A stretch of DNA of 32,000 bases from Parasynechococcus marenigrum WH 8102 (GTDB lineage: Bacteria > Cyanobacteriota > Cyanobacteriia > PCC-6307 > Cyanobiaceae). The stretch covers positions 180,001 to 212,000 of the forward strand of contig NC_005070.1 in NCBI RefSeq assembly GCF_000195975.1, given 5' to 3'. Shown one piece after another: positions 8,588 through 16,777 of this stretch. Both the position numbers and the translations under genes were made by a program. Each line of letters begins with the position of its first letter. Position 1 is the stretch's first letter. The notes beneath the pieces are model-generated. The model was not told the origin of the DNA, made no database searches, and was given only the letters and a program-made list of their open reading frames with translations.

Positions 8588-10011
8588 GACGAACGGCTCA
8601 GCTCTGGACCTTGTTGGCTGCGCTGGTGGCGGCGGCCTTCGCTCTGCGGACCCTGGTGTTGATCGATGCCACCGCCCTGTGGAGCGATGAGCTCTACAGC
8701 GTGGGTAAAAGCTTTCAGCCAAGCCCGCTGGAGCTGCTCGGCATGCTGCGGCAGGACACCCATCCACCCTTGTATTACGGCCTGCTTTGGTTCTGGGGGC
8801 AGCTCGTAGGGCAAAGCCCCGTCAGTCTGCGGTTGCTCTCCTGGCTGGCCTATCTGGGAGGGGGCGCCGTGATGGTGGCCCAGGCGGTGGCCCTCAGTGA
8901 TGGTCGGCAGCGGGTGCTGCCCTTGGCGCTGCTCCTGGCGTTCTGCAGTCCCTACCCCGTGCGCTTCGCCATCGAAGGGAAAAGCTATGCGCTGCTGGTG
9001 CTGCTGGTGGCCCTGGCTTGGTGGTGGCGTCGTGCCGAACGATCTGTGGCCTACGGAGTGGTGGCGGCGTTGGCGGGTCTCACCCATTTCTACGGTCTCT
9101 TTCTCATGCTGGCCGCAGCCGCCTGGGATGGGGCAAGCCGGCGCTGGCATCTGGCGGGAGCTGCCGTGCTGGGGGCCATCCCAGCTCTGGGATGGATCAT
9201 CTATTCCGCGGATTACCTGTTCAGTTCCCGCTCCGGCAGTTGGATCGGTCAACCGGACTTCGCCCTGCTGGAGGAGTCCCTGGCTCGGGCTCTGGGGCTC
9301 TGGCCCCTGCCCAAGCTGCTGTTGCTGGTGGTGCTCATCGGGGGGCTGCAGCGTTGGGGCGGGATGCAACCGCTGCCCTGGCGACGGAACCGTTTGCTGG
9401 ACCGCAGTGCGCTGTTGCCCTCCGCCGTGATGGTGCTGGCTGTGGTGCTGGTCTCCTTTGTAAAGCCGCTGGCCTTCAGTCGCTACTTCGTGGTGCTGTT
9501 GCCGTCGGTGCTGCCGTTGCTGTGCGTGTTGCTCACCGCCTCACCACTCCATCACTGGGGGCAACGGGTGGTGCTTGGGGTGGTGCTGGTGCTGCTGATC
9601 AGTTGGTGGGGGCCAGGTTTTTCGGAGTTGGATCCCACCGCCGGTGGGGTGCGTGAACAGGACCAGTTCCGTGCGATCAGCCAGCGCACCAACGGGCAGA
9701 GGGAGCGTTACAGCCCCCGAGCCCGCCTGTTCAACCTCAGTGATCAGATGGAGTTGTCCATGGGACGCATCACCGCTCCTGAGCTCTCCTGGGGCGATCG
9801 CGATGAACTGCGGGAACGGCTGTTGCGTTCACCGCTACCGGACGAGCTGTGGCTGGCCAGCAGCGGGCCGCCGCAGAAGTTGAATCGCAAGCTCAAGCCC
9901 CTGCAGCAGCAGGCTGAAGCCGCTGGATATGTCTGTGCCGACCGTTCTGGAGGCCTCAGCCATGGTCGGCTGTTGCGTTGCCGATTGGGATCCAGGGGCC
10001 CTCTGCTGTGA
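8584..10011 (+). CDS. polytopic GT-C membrane glycosyltransferase (GT39/GT83, ArnT/PMT_2-like)
   Basis: ATGA overlap with the upstream gene (8584-8587). Many hydrophobic segments. First-loop signature LWSDELYSVGKSF...DTHPPLYYGLLWFWG is typical of ArnT/PMT-like enzymes. Soluble C-terminal tail of about 130 aa. Confidence 0.7.
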   Translation: MRRTAQLWTLLAALVAAAFALRTLVLIDATALWSDELYSVGKSFQPSPLELLGMLRQDTHPPLYYGLLWFWGQLVGQSPVSLRLLSWLAYLGGGAVMVAQAVALSDGRQRVLPLALLLAFCSPYPVRFAIEGKSYALLVLLVALAWWWRRAERSVAYGVVAALAGLTHFYGLFLMLAAAAWDGASRRWHLAGAAVLGAIPALGWIIYSADYLFSSRSGSWIGQPDFALLEESLARALGLWPLPKLLLLVVLIGGLQRWGGMQPLPWRRNRLLDRSALLPSAVMVLAVVLVSFVKPLAFSRYFVVLLPSVLPLLCVLLTASPLHHWGQRVVLGVVLVLLISWWGPGFSELDPTAGGVREQDQFRAISQRTNGQRERYSPRARLFNLSDQMELSMGRITAPELSWGDRDELRERLLRSPLPDELWLASSGPPQKLNRKLKPLQQQAEAAGYVCADRSGGLSHGRLLRCRLGSRGPLL

Positions 10012-11980
10012 GGGTCTGCGCTGTGGTTTCTGTACAGGCCAGTAGCAAGGGACCGCAGGTCTGGGGATCCACCAGCAGCTCAAGCAGTGCCTGCGAGGGT
10101 GAGTCATCCAGTTGGATGAGCCCATCCAGCCATTGCCAGCTGCGGCGGTTGGCCGGCGCCAGGCTGCTGGCATAGCCCTGAGCCAATCGATCCATGGCTT
10201 CGGGGTATGCCGGAATGCGGTTGGTCCAAAGGGTGATCCGTAGGGGGGAGCTGCTCGCCAGCATTTCCCCGAGATGCCCGAGCAGACCGAAGCCGGTGAC
10301 ATCGGTGCAGGCGTGTATTGCCTGGCGATGGGGCTCCAGTTGATCCAGCAATCGGTGCTGACTGCGGGACATGTGCTGGAGCACGGTGTCCAAGGCCTCG
10401 GGTTGGCAGGCACCCGCCATGGCAGCAGCGAACAACACGCCGGTGCCCAGGGGACGGCTTAACAGCAGCACATCACCGTGGGCGATTCCCCCCTTGCTCC
10501 AGGGGGCAGCGCTGCGACCGTTGACGCAGAGGCTCAGCTGCACCCCCAGGCTGGGGCAGTGCGGCGGTTCACTGCGGGATTCCAGGGTGTGGCCTCCGAT
10601 CAGCTGCGCCTGCTGTTCCTCCAGCACTGATCGCACACCGCACAGCGTCTGCACCAGTAATTCCTGCTGTTCCGCCGCCTCCAGCACCGGCAGAGTCACG
10701 ATTGCCTGGGCGCTGTCGACCCTGACACCGCAGGCCCAGAGATCGGAGCAAGCATGGAGGGTGGTGAGTCGACCGTTCAGCCAGGGGTCGCTGACCAGCG
10801 CCGGGAACCCATCCACGCTCTGCAGCAGCGGCGGATCGCCCTCGATGCGTGCCGCATCTTCTGGTGCCCCGGTGAGCCCGGCCTGCTCCAGGGCGGCTGC
10901 AAGGGGCTGGGCCGGCAGCTTGGCTGCGCATCCCCGGCAGGCCATCGGTTCTGATGCAGTCATCGGCTCGCTGCTGCGGAACCCCGCCATGAAGCGTCTG
11001 TCGATCCGTCGCTTCCACTGCCAGAGCCATCCGGAGGGTCCCAGCTGCCAGCGTCCCCAGCGTGCCCAGGCCCGGCCTTGCTGATCGCCGATCAGCTGAA
11101 GCGCCTGTCGTTGCGGCCGCCAGGGACGCAGCGGGCGATCCAGGCAGCTGGCTTCCAGGTTCCATGCCAAGGGGATGGCTGCTCGCACAGCCCAGACGCC
11201 GGAGGCTGGCCTGGGTGCTGCAGCCATGACGGCGCAGTCACCGCTCGCAAAAATGTGCTCGTTGCCCTCCACCTGCAGCTGGGCATTGGTGCGGAGGCGA
11301 CCATCGCCATCCACCGGCAGACCGCTGGCTGCCAGCCAGATGGGTGCGCGACTGCCGGTGCAAAGCAGCCAGGGGCCACCCGTGGGCTCGGGGGTCGTGA
11401 CTAGGTCGATCAAGGCCTCCAACAGGATGCGCCGCTCAAGGGGACCTGGACCGTTTGAGCGGGTTTGCAGGCGCAACGGGCGGTGAGGCCAGCGGCGTCG
11501 CAGCGCCAGCACCACTTCCATGGCTGCGGCGCCAGCCCCGACCACGGTGAAGGGATTTGTGCTGTTGGGATCCTCGGAGGCGATGAAGGCCAGGGCCGGC
11601 TCCAGTGGCTTGATCGCGATGCCTTCAGCGCTTGGCCTGCTGATGGCACCGACATCGAGGCTGATCAGACCAAAACGCAAGGGTGGGCGTTCTGCGAGCA
11701 ACAGGCAGCGCTGGCCGGGGTCCAGGCCGGTGATCTCCGCCTGCACGAAGCCGACACCAGCTCGATCGCAGAGGGAGCGCAGATTGATGGCGGCTGCCTC
11801 AGGTGGGTCGATCCCGGCGATCAGGGCTGGAACCATGCCCGAGTAGAGCGCTGAACTGCAGCGATTGATCAGCAGTACAGGGCGGGCCGGCCGTCGGGTT
11901 GGGTCCATGGCCCAGCGCTTGAGGATCAGCGCGTGGCTGTGGCCTCCGCCGGCCAGAAGGAGCGGCCCGGCTGGATTCAT
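9956..11980 (-). CDS. selD: fusion protein: FAD/NAD(P)-dependent pyridine-nucleotide-disulfide oxidoreductase (NDH-2-like) fused to selenide,water dikinase (selenophosphate synthetase, Cys type)
   Basis: Preferred start is ATG 11980 (MNPAGPLLLAGGGHSHAL, Rossmann GxGxxH right at the N-terminus), which forms an ATGA overlap with the galE stop. The ORF track extends to 12037. Second dinucleotide motif FTVVGAGAAAME and ASGDCA. C-terminal half has SelD motifs CRGCAAKLP, DDAARIEG, TDVTGFGLLGHL. Confidence 0.85.
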   Translation of the reverse strand: MNPAGPLLLAGGGHSHALILKRWAMDPTRRPARPVLLINRCSSALYSGMVPALIAGIDPPEAAAINLRSLCDRAGVGFVQAEITGLDPGQRCLLLAERPPLRFGLISLDVGAISRPSAEGIAIKPLEPALAFIASEDPNSTNPFTVVGAGAAAMEVVLALRRRWPHRPLRLQTRSNGPGPLERRILLEALIDLVTTPEPTGGPWLLCTGSRAPIWLAASGLPVDGDGRLRTNAQLQVEGNEHIFASGDCAVMAAAPRPASGVWAVRAAIPLAWNLEASCLDRPLRPWRPQRQALQLIGDQQGRAWARWGRWQLGPSGWLWQWKRRIDRRFMAGFRSSEPMTASEPMACRGCAAKLPAQPLAAALEQAGLTGAPEDAARIEGDPPLLQSVDGFPALVSDPWLNGRLTTLHACSDLWACGVRVDSAQAIVTLPVLEAAEQQELLVQTLCGVRSVLEEQQAQLIGGHTLESRSEPPHCPSLGVQLSLCVNGRSAAPWSKGGIAHGDVLLLSRPLGTGVLFAAAMAGACQPEALDTVLQHMSRSQHRLLDQLEPHRQAIHACTDVTGFGLLGHLGEMLASSSPLRITLWTNRIPAYPEAMDRLAQGYASSLAPANRRSWQWLDGLIQLDDSPSQALLELLVDPQTCGPLLLACTETTAQTLTAEGPWIPIGNATADHG

Positions 11981-13011
11981 GGCGCTGATCGATAGCCCAT
12001 CGGGTTGGCCTGCTGCCAGGCCCAGCCATCGCGGCACATCTCCACCAGGCCGCGGCGGGCTGTCCAGCCCAACACGGCTTCCGCCTGGCGCGGACAGGCC
12101 TGCAGCCTCGGCACATCACCGGGACGGCGGGCAACCACCTCATAGGGAATGGTGATGCCGGTGGCCTGCTCGAACCCCTTGATCACATCGAGCACGCTCA
12201 GTCCCGTGCCCGTGCCGATGTTCACGGTCAGCTGGGTGGGCGGCTCCTGGTTGAGCAGGTGGGTGAGCGTGACGCCATGGGCTTCGGCTAGATCCATCAC
12301 ATGCAGATAGTCGCGGATGCCGGTGCCATCGGGTGTCGGGTAGTCCTGCCCGAACACCCGCAGCTTGTCCCTGCGTCCTGCAGCTACCTGGGTGATGAAG
12401 GGGAACAGGTTGTTGGGAATGCCAAGGGGGTCTTCCCCGATGCGGCCGCTGGGGTGGGCACCCACCGGGTTGAAGTAGCGCAGGCAGGCCACCCGCCAGC
12501 TGCCGGAGCGACAAAGCGCTCCCAGCATCTGCTCGACGGCCAGTTTGGTTTGGGCGTAGGGATGCACCGGCGCGGTGGCCATGCCCTCATGCAGGGGGAA
12601 CTGCTCCGGTTCGCCATACACCGTGGAGGTGCTGCTGAATACAAGGGTGCGGCAACCGTGGCGTTCCATGACCGCCGCCAGCACTCGGCTGCCGTTGAGG
12701 TTCACATCCCAGTAGCGCAGAGGGTCGGCCACTGATTCACCCACCGCTTTGAGCCCGGCGAAGTGAATCACGCCATCCACCGGCCTGCCCGAGCGGAAGG
12801 CTCGATCCAGCACATCAGGGTTGCGCAAATCCCCTTCCACCAGCTGAAGGGCATCGGACGCCGCCAGCTCCTGAACCCGGCGCAGGGCTTCCGGACTGCT
12901 GTTGTCGAAGTTGTCCACCACCACCAGGGAGTGGCCCTGCTCCAGCAGCACAAGGCAGGTGTGGCTGCCGATGAAACCAGCCCCTCCGGTGATCAGGATC
13001 CTGCACGTCAT
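11977..13011 (-). CDS. galE: UDP-glucose 4-epimerase
   Basis: ILITGGAGFIGSHTCLVLLEQGHSLVVVDNFDNSS, the SSTSTVYG/YAQTKL catalytic S...YxxxK, RYFNPVGAH and DYPTPDGTGIRDYLHVMDLA. Confidence 0.9.
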   Translation of the reverse strand: MTCRILITGGAGFIGSHTCLVLLEQGHSLVVVDNFDNSSPEALRRVQELAASDALQLVEGDLRNPDVLDRAFRSGRPVDGVIHFAGLKAVGESVADPLRYWDVNLNGSRVLAAVMERHGCRTLVFSSTSTVYGEPEQFPLHEGMATAPVHPYAQTKLAVEQMLGALCRSGSWRVACLRYFNPVGAHPSGRIGEDPLGIPNNLFPFITQVAAGRRDKLRVFGQDYPTPDGTGIRDYLHVMDLAEAHGVTLTHLLNQEPPTQLTVNIGTGTGLSVLDVIKGFEQATGITIPYEVVARRPGDVPRLQACPRQAEAVLGWTARRGLVEMCRDGWAWQQANPMGYRSAP

Positions 13012-13101
13012 GGGGCGTGAGCAGCGCGTTGATTGATTGTGGATCAGGTCAGAGCGAGAGCAGGTGTTTGCACCTAGGGTTCGCCCACTGATTGGTGACG
13101 T

Positions 13102-13857
13102 GTGGACGGCGGAACGACGCTCCCCGAGCTAAGGCGAGCTATTGGAGCTGACGGTAGATCTCTTTTACGGCGCTACAACCTCCTCCAGCCGTTGGTGGAG
13201 CAGATGATCACCAGCGAAGCCATTTCTGGCATGTCGGTTCCTGAAGAAGCTCTCAACAGAGCCAAGCTCGAGCTCCTCGAGCAACGGGGCTTCGAAACAA
13301 TGGATCAGTGGCCCGAGATGCTCGCGGCTTTGGGTCGATCCAACGATGAGGTGATGGATCGGCTCGAACGGGTGATCCGTCGCCAGGGATACATTAGAGA
13401 GCAATTTGCTCCCAAGGCTGAAGCTCGTTTCCTCGAGCGCAAGAACGAGCTCGATCAAGTGGTGTACAGCCTGCTGCGGTTGTCCAACAATTTCCTGGCC
13501 CGTGAGTTGTATCTGCAAATCGAGTCTGGGGAATCCAACTTTGCGGACCTTGCCAAGCGCTATGCGGAGGGTCCTGAACGCAACACCAACGGCATCGTTG
13601 GGCCGGTCTCTTTGACCCAGGCCCATCCAGTCCTGGTTGAAAAGCTCCGAGTTGCGCAACCCGGGGTGCTGTTGGAGCCATTTCGCATTGCCGATTGGTG
13701 GCTGGTGGTGCGACTGGAGCGCTATTCCCCGGCCACATTCACGCCGGAGATCTCCGATCAAATGTGCCGGGAGATGTTCGATGCATGGATCGCCGAGGAA
13801 ACAGCCAGTACCTTGAGCCGGCTTGAAGCCGAATACAGCGACTTCAGCGTTTCCTGA
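13102..13857 (+). CDS. SurA-N/parvulin-like (PpiC-type rotamase fold) protein, no signal peptide, probably non-catalytic
   Basis: GTG start 13102 (start uncertain). C-terminal half shows the parvulin pattern NFADLAKRYAEGPERNTNGIVGPVS...PGVLLEPFRIADWWLVVRLE. Stop overlaps the ABC start (TGATG 13855-13859). Confidence 0.6.
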   Translation: MDGGTTLPELRRAIGADGRSLLRRYNLLQPLVEQMITSEAISGMSVPEEALNRAKLELLEQRGFETMDQWPEMLAALGRSNDEVMDRLERVIRRQGYIREQFAPKAEARFLERKNELDQVVYSLLRLSNNFLARELYLQIESGESNFADLAKRYAEGPERNTNGIVGPVSLTQAHPVLVEKLRVAQPGVLLEPFRIADWWLVVRLERYSPATFTPEISDQMCREMFDAWIAEETASTLSRLEAEYSDFSVS

Positions 13858-16775
13858 TGACCCAGTCCCCTCCCTTCCCCCTGCTGAAGCACCCTGCTTT
13901 CAAGGGCGTATCTGATGCTGCTTTGTTGCGGCTGCAGGACTCTTCGAGCCTGCTGCGGTTCGAACTGGGTCAGCAGCTGTGTGAGCCGGATGACATCCCG
14001 GCCAGGATCCTGGTTCTGCTCCAAGGTCAGGCACGTCTGGTGGGGCGTCACAACGGTCGCCTCACCACCGTTGGCAAGTTCGGCCCGGGCAGCTTGATCG
14101 GTGCCGCAAGCCTCCTGTGCGGTAGCCCGTGCGAAAACGTGATTGCATCGGATGAAGTGATCGCCTGTGCGATCTCCGATGAGCAGTGGACTCAGCTGTA
14201 CAGCGAGGAAGAATCCTTCCGCCAGTGGTGTGATCAGCAGTTGTGGCCCCAGGAGCTCCTCGCGCTGCTGGAGGTCCTTGAGGAGGGAACAGCGGAAACC
14301 GACAGCTCAGCTCTCGAGAAACTGGAGCAGGCTCTGAAGAGCGTCAAGCGTTGTCTGCCAGACGCGGAGGCGATTGACGCAGCTCTAGCGACGGGAGGTC
14401 GTCTTTATCTCACAAGTTGCTGGGGACACGCCTCCTTAGGGCAGTCGATCCAAGCGGTGTCTGACATTCCGGATTCGGATCGGTTCCGTCAACGCCTGGT
14501 GTTGTTTCCCGGTTTATCAGCGGACAGCGCTGAGAAGGAGCCGGGCGGCGATCTCGTGCCAGCGAATGCTGTGAAGAAGGCTGAACTGCTGCCTCCAGTC
14601 AGTCGTTACAGCCCTGAGCGCAATGTGGTGGACAGCCTGAGGCTGATCCGTGCTGAAGGCCCGATCCAGGAAACGCTGGCCTGCTTCCAGATGCTGGCCC
14701 AATTGATGAAGCTGCCGTTTCGGCGCGATTCAATTGAGAAAGTGCTGCAGGACAACCTGCGGCGTGGGCTGACGCCCAATCTTCAGCTCTGCGGCCAATT
14801 GGCGGCCAGCTTGGGTCTGCACGTCATGGCAGCCAAGGTGCCTTCCGTATCAGGCACCCGCCTCCAGGTTCCATCGATGCTTCCCTGGAAACAGGGTTTT
14901 GCTCTGGTGGTGGCCAGCAGCGAACAGGGCCTGAGGCTCGCTTCGCCGAAACACGGCATGGTCACGGTTGCTCCCGATCAATTAGCTGAAAGTTTCCCTG
15001 AGGGGATCGAGCTGCTTCTGATGGAGCGCTCCAATGCCACCCCTGATCAGAAGTTCGGTCCTGGCTGGTTCTGGCCTGCGCTCAAGCGCTACCGCGGGGT
15101 GCTGATTCAGGTGTTGGCCGCCAGTTTTGTGGTGCAGCTGTTCACCCTGGCCAACCCCCTGCTGATCCAGGTGATCATCGACAAGGTGATCAGCCAACGC
15201 AGTCTGGACACGTTGCAAGTGCTGGGCATTGCCCTGGTGATGGTGACCATCCTGGAAGGGGTGCTGGGCAGCCTAAAAACGTTCCTCTTCGCCGAAACCA
15301 CCAACCGCATTGATCAGCGCCTCGGTGCCGAAGTGATCGATCACCTGCTGCGTCTTCCCCTTGGCTATTTCGATCGCCGCCCGGTGGGTGAGCTCGGCAC
15401 CCGGGTGGCTGAGCTGGAAAAGATCCGCAACTTCCTCACGGGTCAGGCGCTCACCACGATCCTGGATGCCGCCTTCTCGGTGATCTACATCATGGTGATG
15501 GTGATCTACAGCTGGTTGCTGACCTTGATCGCCCTATCTGTGTTGCCGATTCAGATCGGTCTCACCGTGCTGGGAGCTCCGCTGTTCCGCCGGCAGTTCC
15601 GTGCTGCTGCTGAAGAAAATGCCAAAACCCAGAGCCATCTGGTTGAGGTTCTCACTGGTATTCAGACCGTTAAGGCTCAGAACGTGGAAATGGTCAGCCG
15701 TTGGCGCTGGCAAGAGTTCTACTCGCAATACATCGCTCGCACGTTTGAGAAGACGATTACCGGTACGGCTCTGAATCAAACCAGCCAGGTTCTGCAGAAG
15801 ATTTCGCAGCTGATGGTGCTGTGGATCGGAGCCTCGATGGTGTTGAGCGGTGACCTCACCCTGGGCCAGTTGATCGCCTTCCGGATCATTTCTGGCTACG
15901 TGACTCAGCCACTGCTGCGGTTGTCGACGATCTGGCAGAACATCCAGGAACTACGGGTGAGTTTCGAGCGTCTTGCTGACGTGATCGACACCCCGGAGGA
16001 ATCCGATGAGGTGGATAAGTCAAAGGTGATGTTGCCGCCGTTGCACGGGGAGGTGCGGTTCGAGGGTCTTTCCTTCCGGTTCCGACCTGGTCAACCTGAG
16101 GTGTTGAAGGACATCAACCTCGAGATCAAGGCCGGCACGTTCGTTGGAATCGTTGGCCAGAGCGGCAGTGGCAAGAGCACCCTGATGAAGCTCCTGCCGC
16201 GTCTTTATGAGCCGGGAGAAGGCAGGATTTTGATCGATGGCTACGACATCGCCAAGGTTGAGCTTTATTCACTGCGCCGACAGATTGGAATCGTTCCCCA
16301 GGACCCACTCCTGTTCAGCGGAACGGTGAGCGAGAACATTGCTCTCACCAATCCGGAAGCGTCCAGTGAGGAGATTGTTCGGGCAGCCCGCCTGGCCAAT
16401 GCCCACGACTTCATCATGGATCTGCCCAGTGGCTACAGCACTCCTGTGGGTGAACGGGGGGCTTCCCTCAGTGGCGGCCAACGTCAACGGGTGGCGATCG
16501 CGCGGACCTTGCTGAGCAATCCCAAGTTGCTGGTGATGGACGAAGCCACGAGCGCCCTTGATTACGAAACGGAGAGAAAGGTCTGCGACAACCTGCTCGA
16601 GAATCTGGATGACCAGACGGTGTTTTTCATTACGCACCGCCTGTCCACGATCCGTCAGGCCGATGTGATCGTGATGCTTCACCAAGGTGCCGTGGTCGAA
16701 GTCGGCACCCATGAGGACCTGATGAAGCATCGAGGTCGCTACTACGCCCTTTATCGCCAGCAGGAGAGCACCTGA
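13857..16775 (+). CDS. type I secretion ABC exporter (HlyB-like): cNMP-binding-like domain, unassigned linker, C39-like domain, 6-TM domain, NBD
   Basis: 972 aa. Walker A GQSGSGKST (about 16153-16179), Q-loop IVPQDPLLF, signature LSGGQRQR, Walker B LLVMDEATSALD, H-loop FITHRLS. ABC membrane domain runs from about residue 405 to 690. Confidence 0.9.
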   Translation: MTQSPPFPLLKHPAFKGVSDAALLRLQDSSSLLRFELGQQLCEPDDIPARILVLLQGQARLVGRHNGRLTTVGKFGPGSLIGAASLLCGSPCENVIASDEVIACAISDEQWTQLYSEEESFRQWCDQQLWPQELLALLEVLEEGTAETDSSALEKLEQALKSVKRCLPDAEAIDAALATGGRLYLTSCWGHASLGQSIQAVSDIPDSDRFRQRLVLFPGLSADSAEKEPGGDLVPANAVKKAELLPPVSRYSPERNVVDSLRLIRAEGPIQETLACFQMLAQLMKLPFRRDSIEKVLQDNLRRGLTPNLQLCGQLAASLGLHVMAAKVPSVSGTRLQVPSMLPWKQGFALVVASSEQGLRLASPKHGMVTVAPDQLAESFPEGIELLLMERSNATPDQKFGPGWFWPALKRYRGVLIQVLAASFVVQLFTLANPLLIQVIIDKVISQRSLDTLQVLGIALVMVTILEGVLGSLKTFLFAETTNRIDQRLGAEVIDHLLRLPLGYFDRRPVGELGTRVAELEKIRNFLTGQALTTILDAAFSVIYIMVMVIYSWLLTLIALSVLPIQIGLTVLGAPLFRRQFRAAAEENAKTQSHLVEVLTGIQTVKAQNVEMVSRWRWQEFYSQYIARTFEKTITGTALNQTSQVLQKISQLMVLWIGASMVLSGDLTLGQLIAFRIISGYVTQPLLRLSTIWQNIQELRVSFERLADVIDTPEESDEVDKSKVMLPPLHGEVRFEGLSFRFRPGQPEVLKDINLEIKAGTFVGIVGQSGSGKSTLMKLLPRLYEPGEGRILIDGYDIAKVELYSLRRQIGIVPQDPLLFSGTVSENIALTNPEASSEEIVRAARLANAHDFIMDLPSGYSTPVGERGASLSGGQRQRVAIARTLLSNPKLLVMDEATSALDYETERKVCDNLLENLDDQTVFFITHRLSTIRQADVIVMLHQGAVVEVGTHEDLMKHRGRYYALYRQQEST
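13896..14192 (+). other. cNMP-binding-like (CAP family) domain of the ABC exporter, non-canonical phosphate-binding cassette
   Basis: FKGVSDAALLRL..RFELGQQLCEPDDIPARILVLLQGQARLV...GPGSLIGAASLLCGSPCENVIAS..VIACAIS. Confidence 0.6.
14640..15032 (+). other. peptidase-C39-like domain (CLD) lacking the Cys/His/Asp catalytic residues
   Basis: IQETLACFQMLAQLMKLPF..LCGQLAASLGL..VPSMLPWKQGFALVVAS..LRLASPKHG aligned by eye to the C39 consensus. Confidence 0.6.
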
Positions 16776-16777
16776 CC

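Noticed and set aside
13012-13101. Looked for short double-glycine-leader (bacteriocin/lanthipeptide-type) precursor genes next to the C39-domain ABC transporter. Also looked in 19225-19342.
   Set aside because: Neither spacer contains an ATG-initiated small ORF on either strand. The C39-like domain appears to lack its catalytic residues, which argues for an RTX-type rather than a bacteriocin-type exporter.
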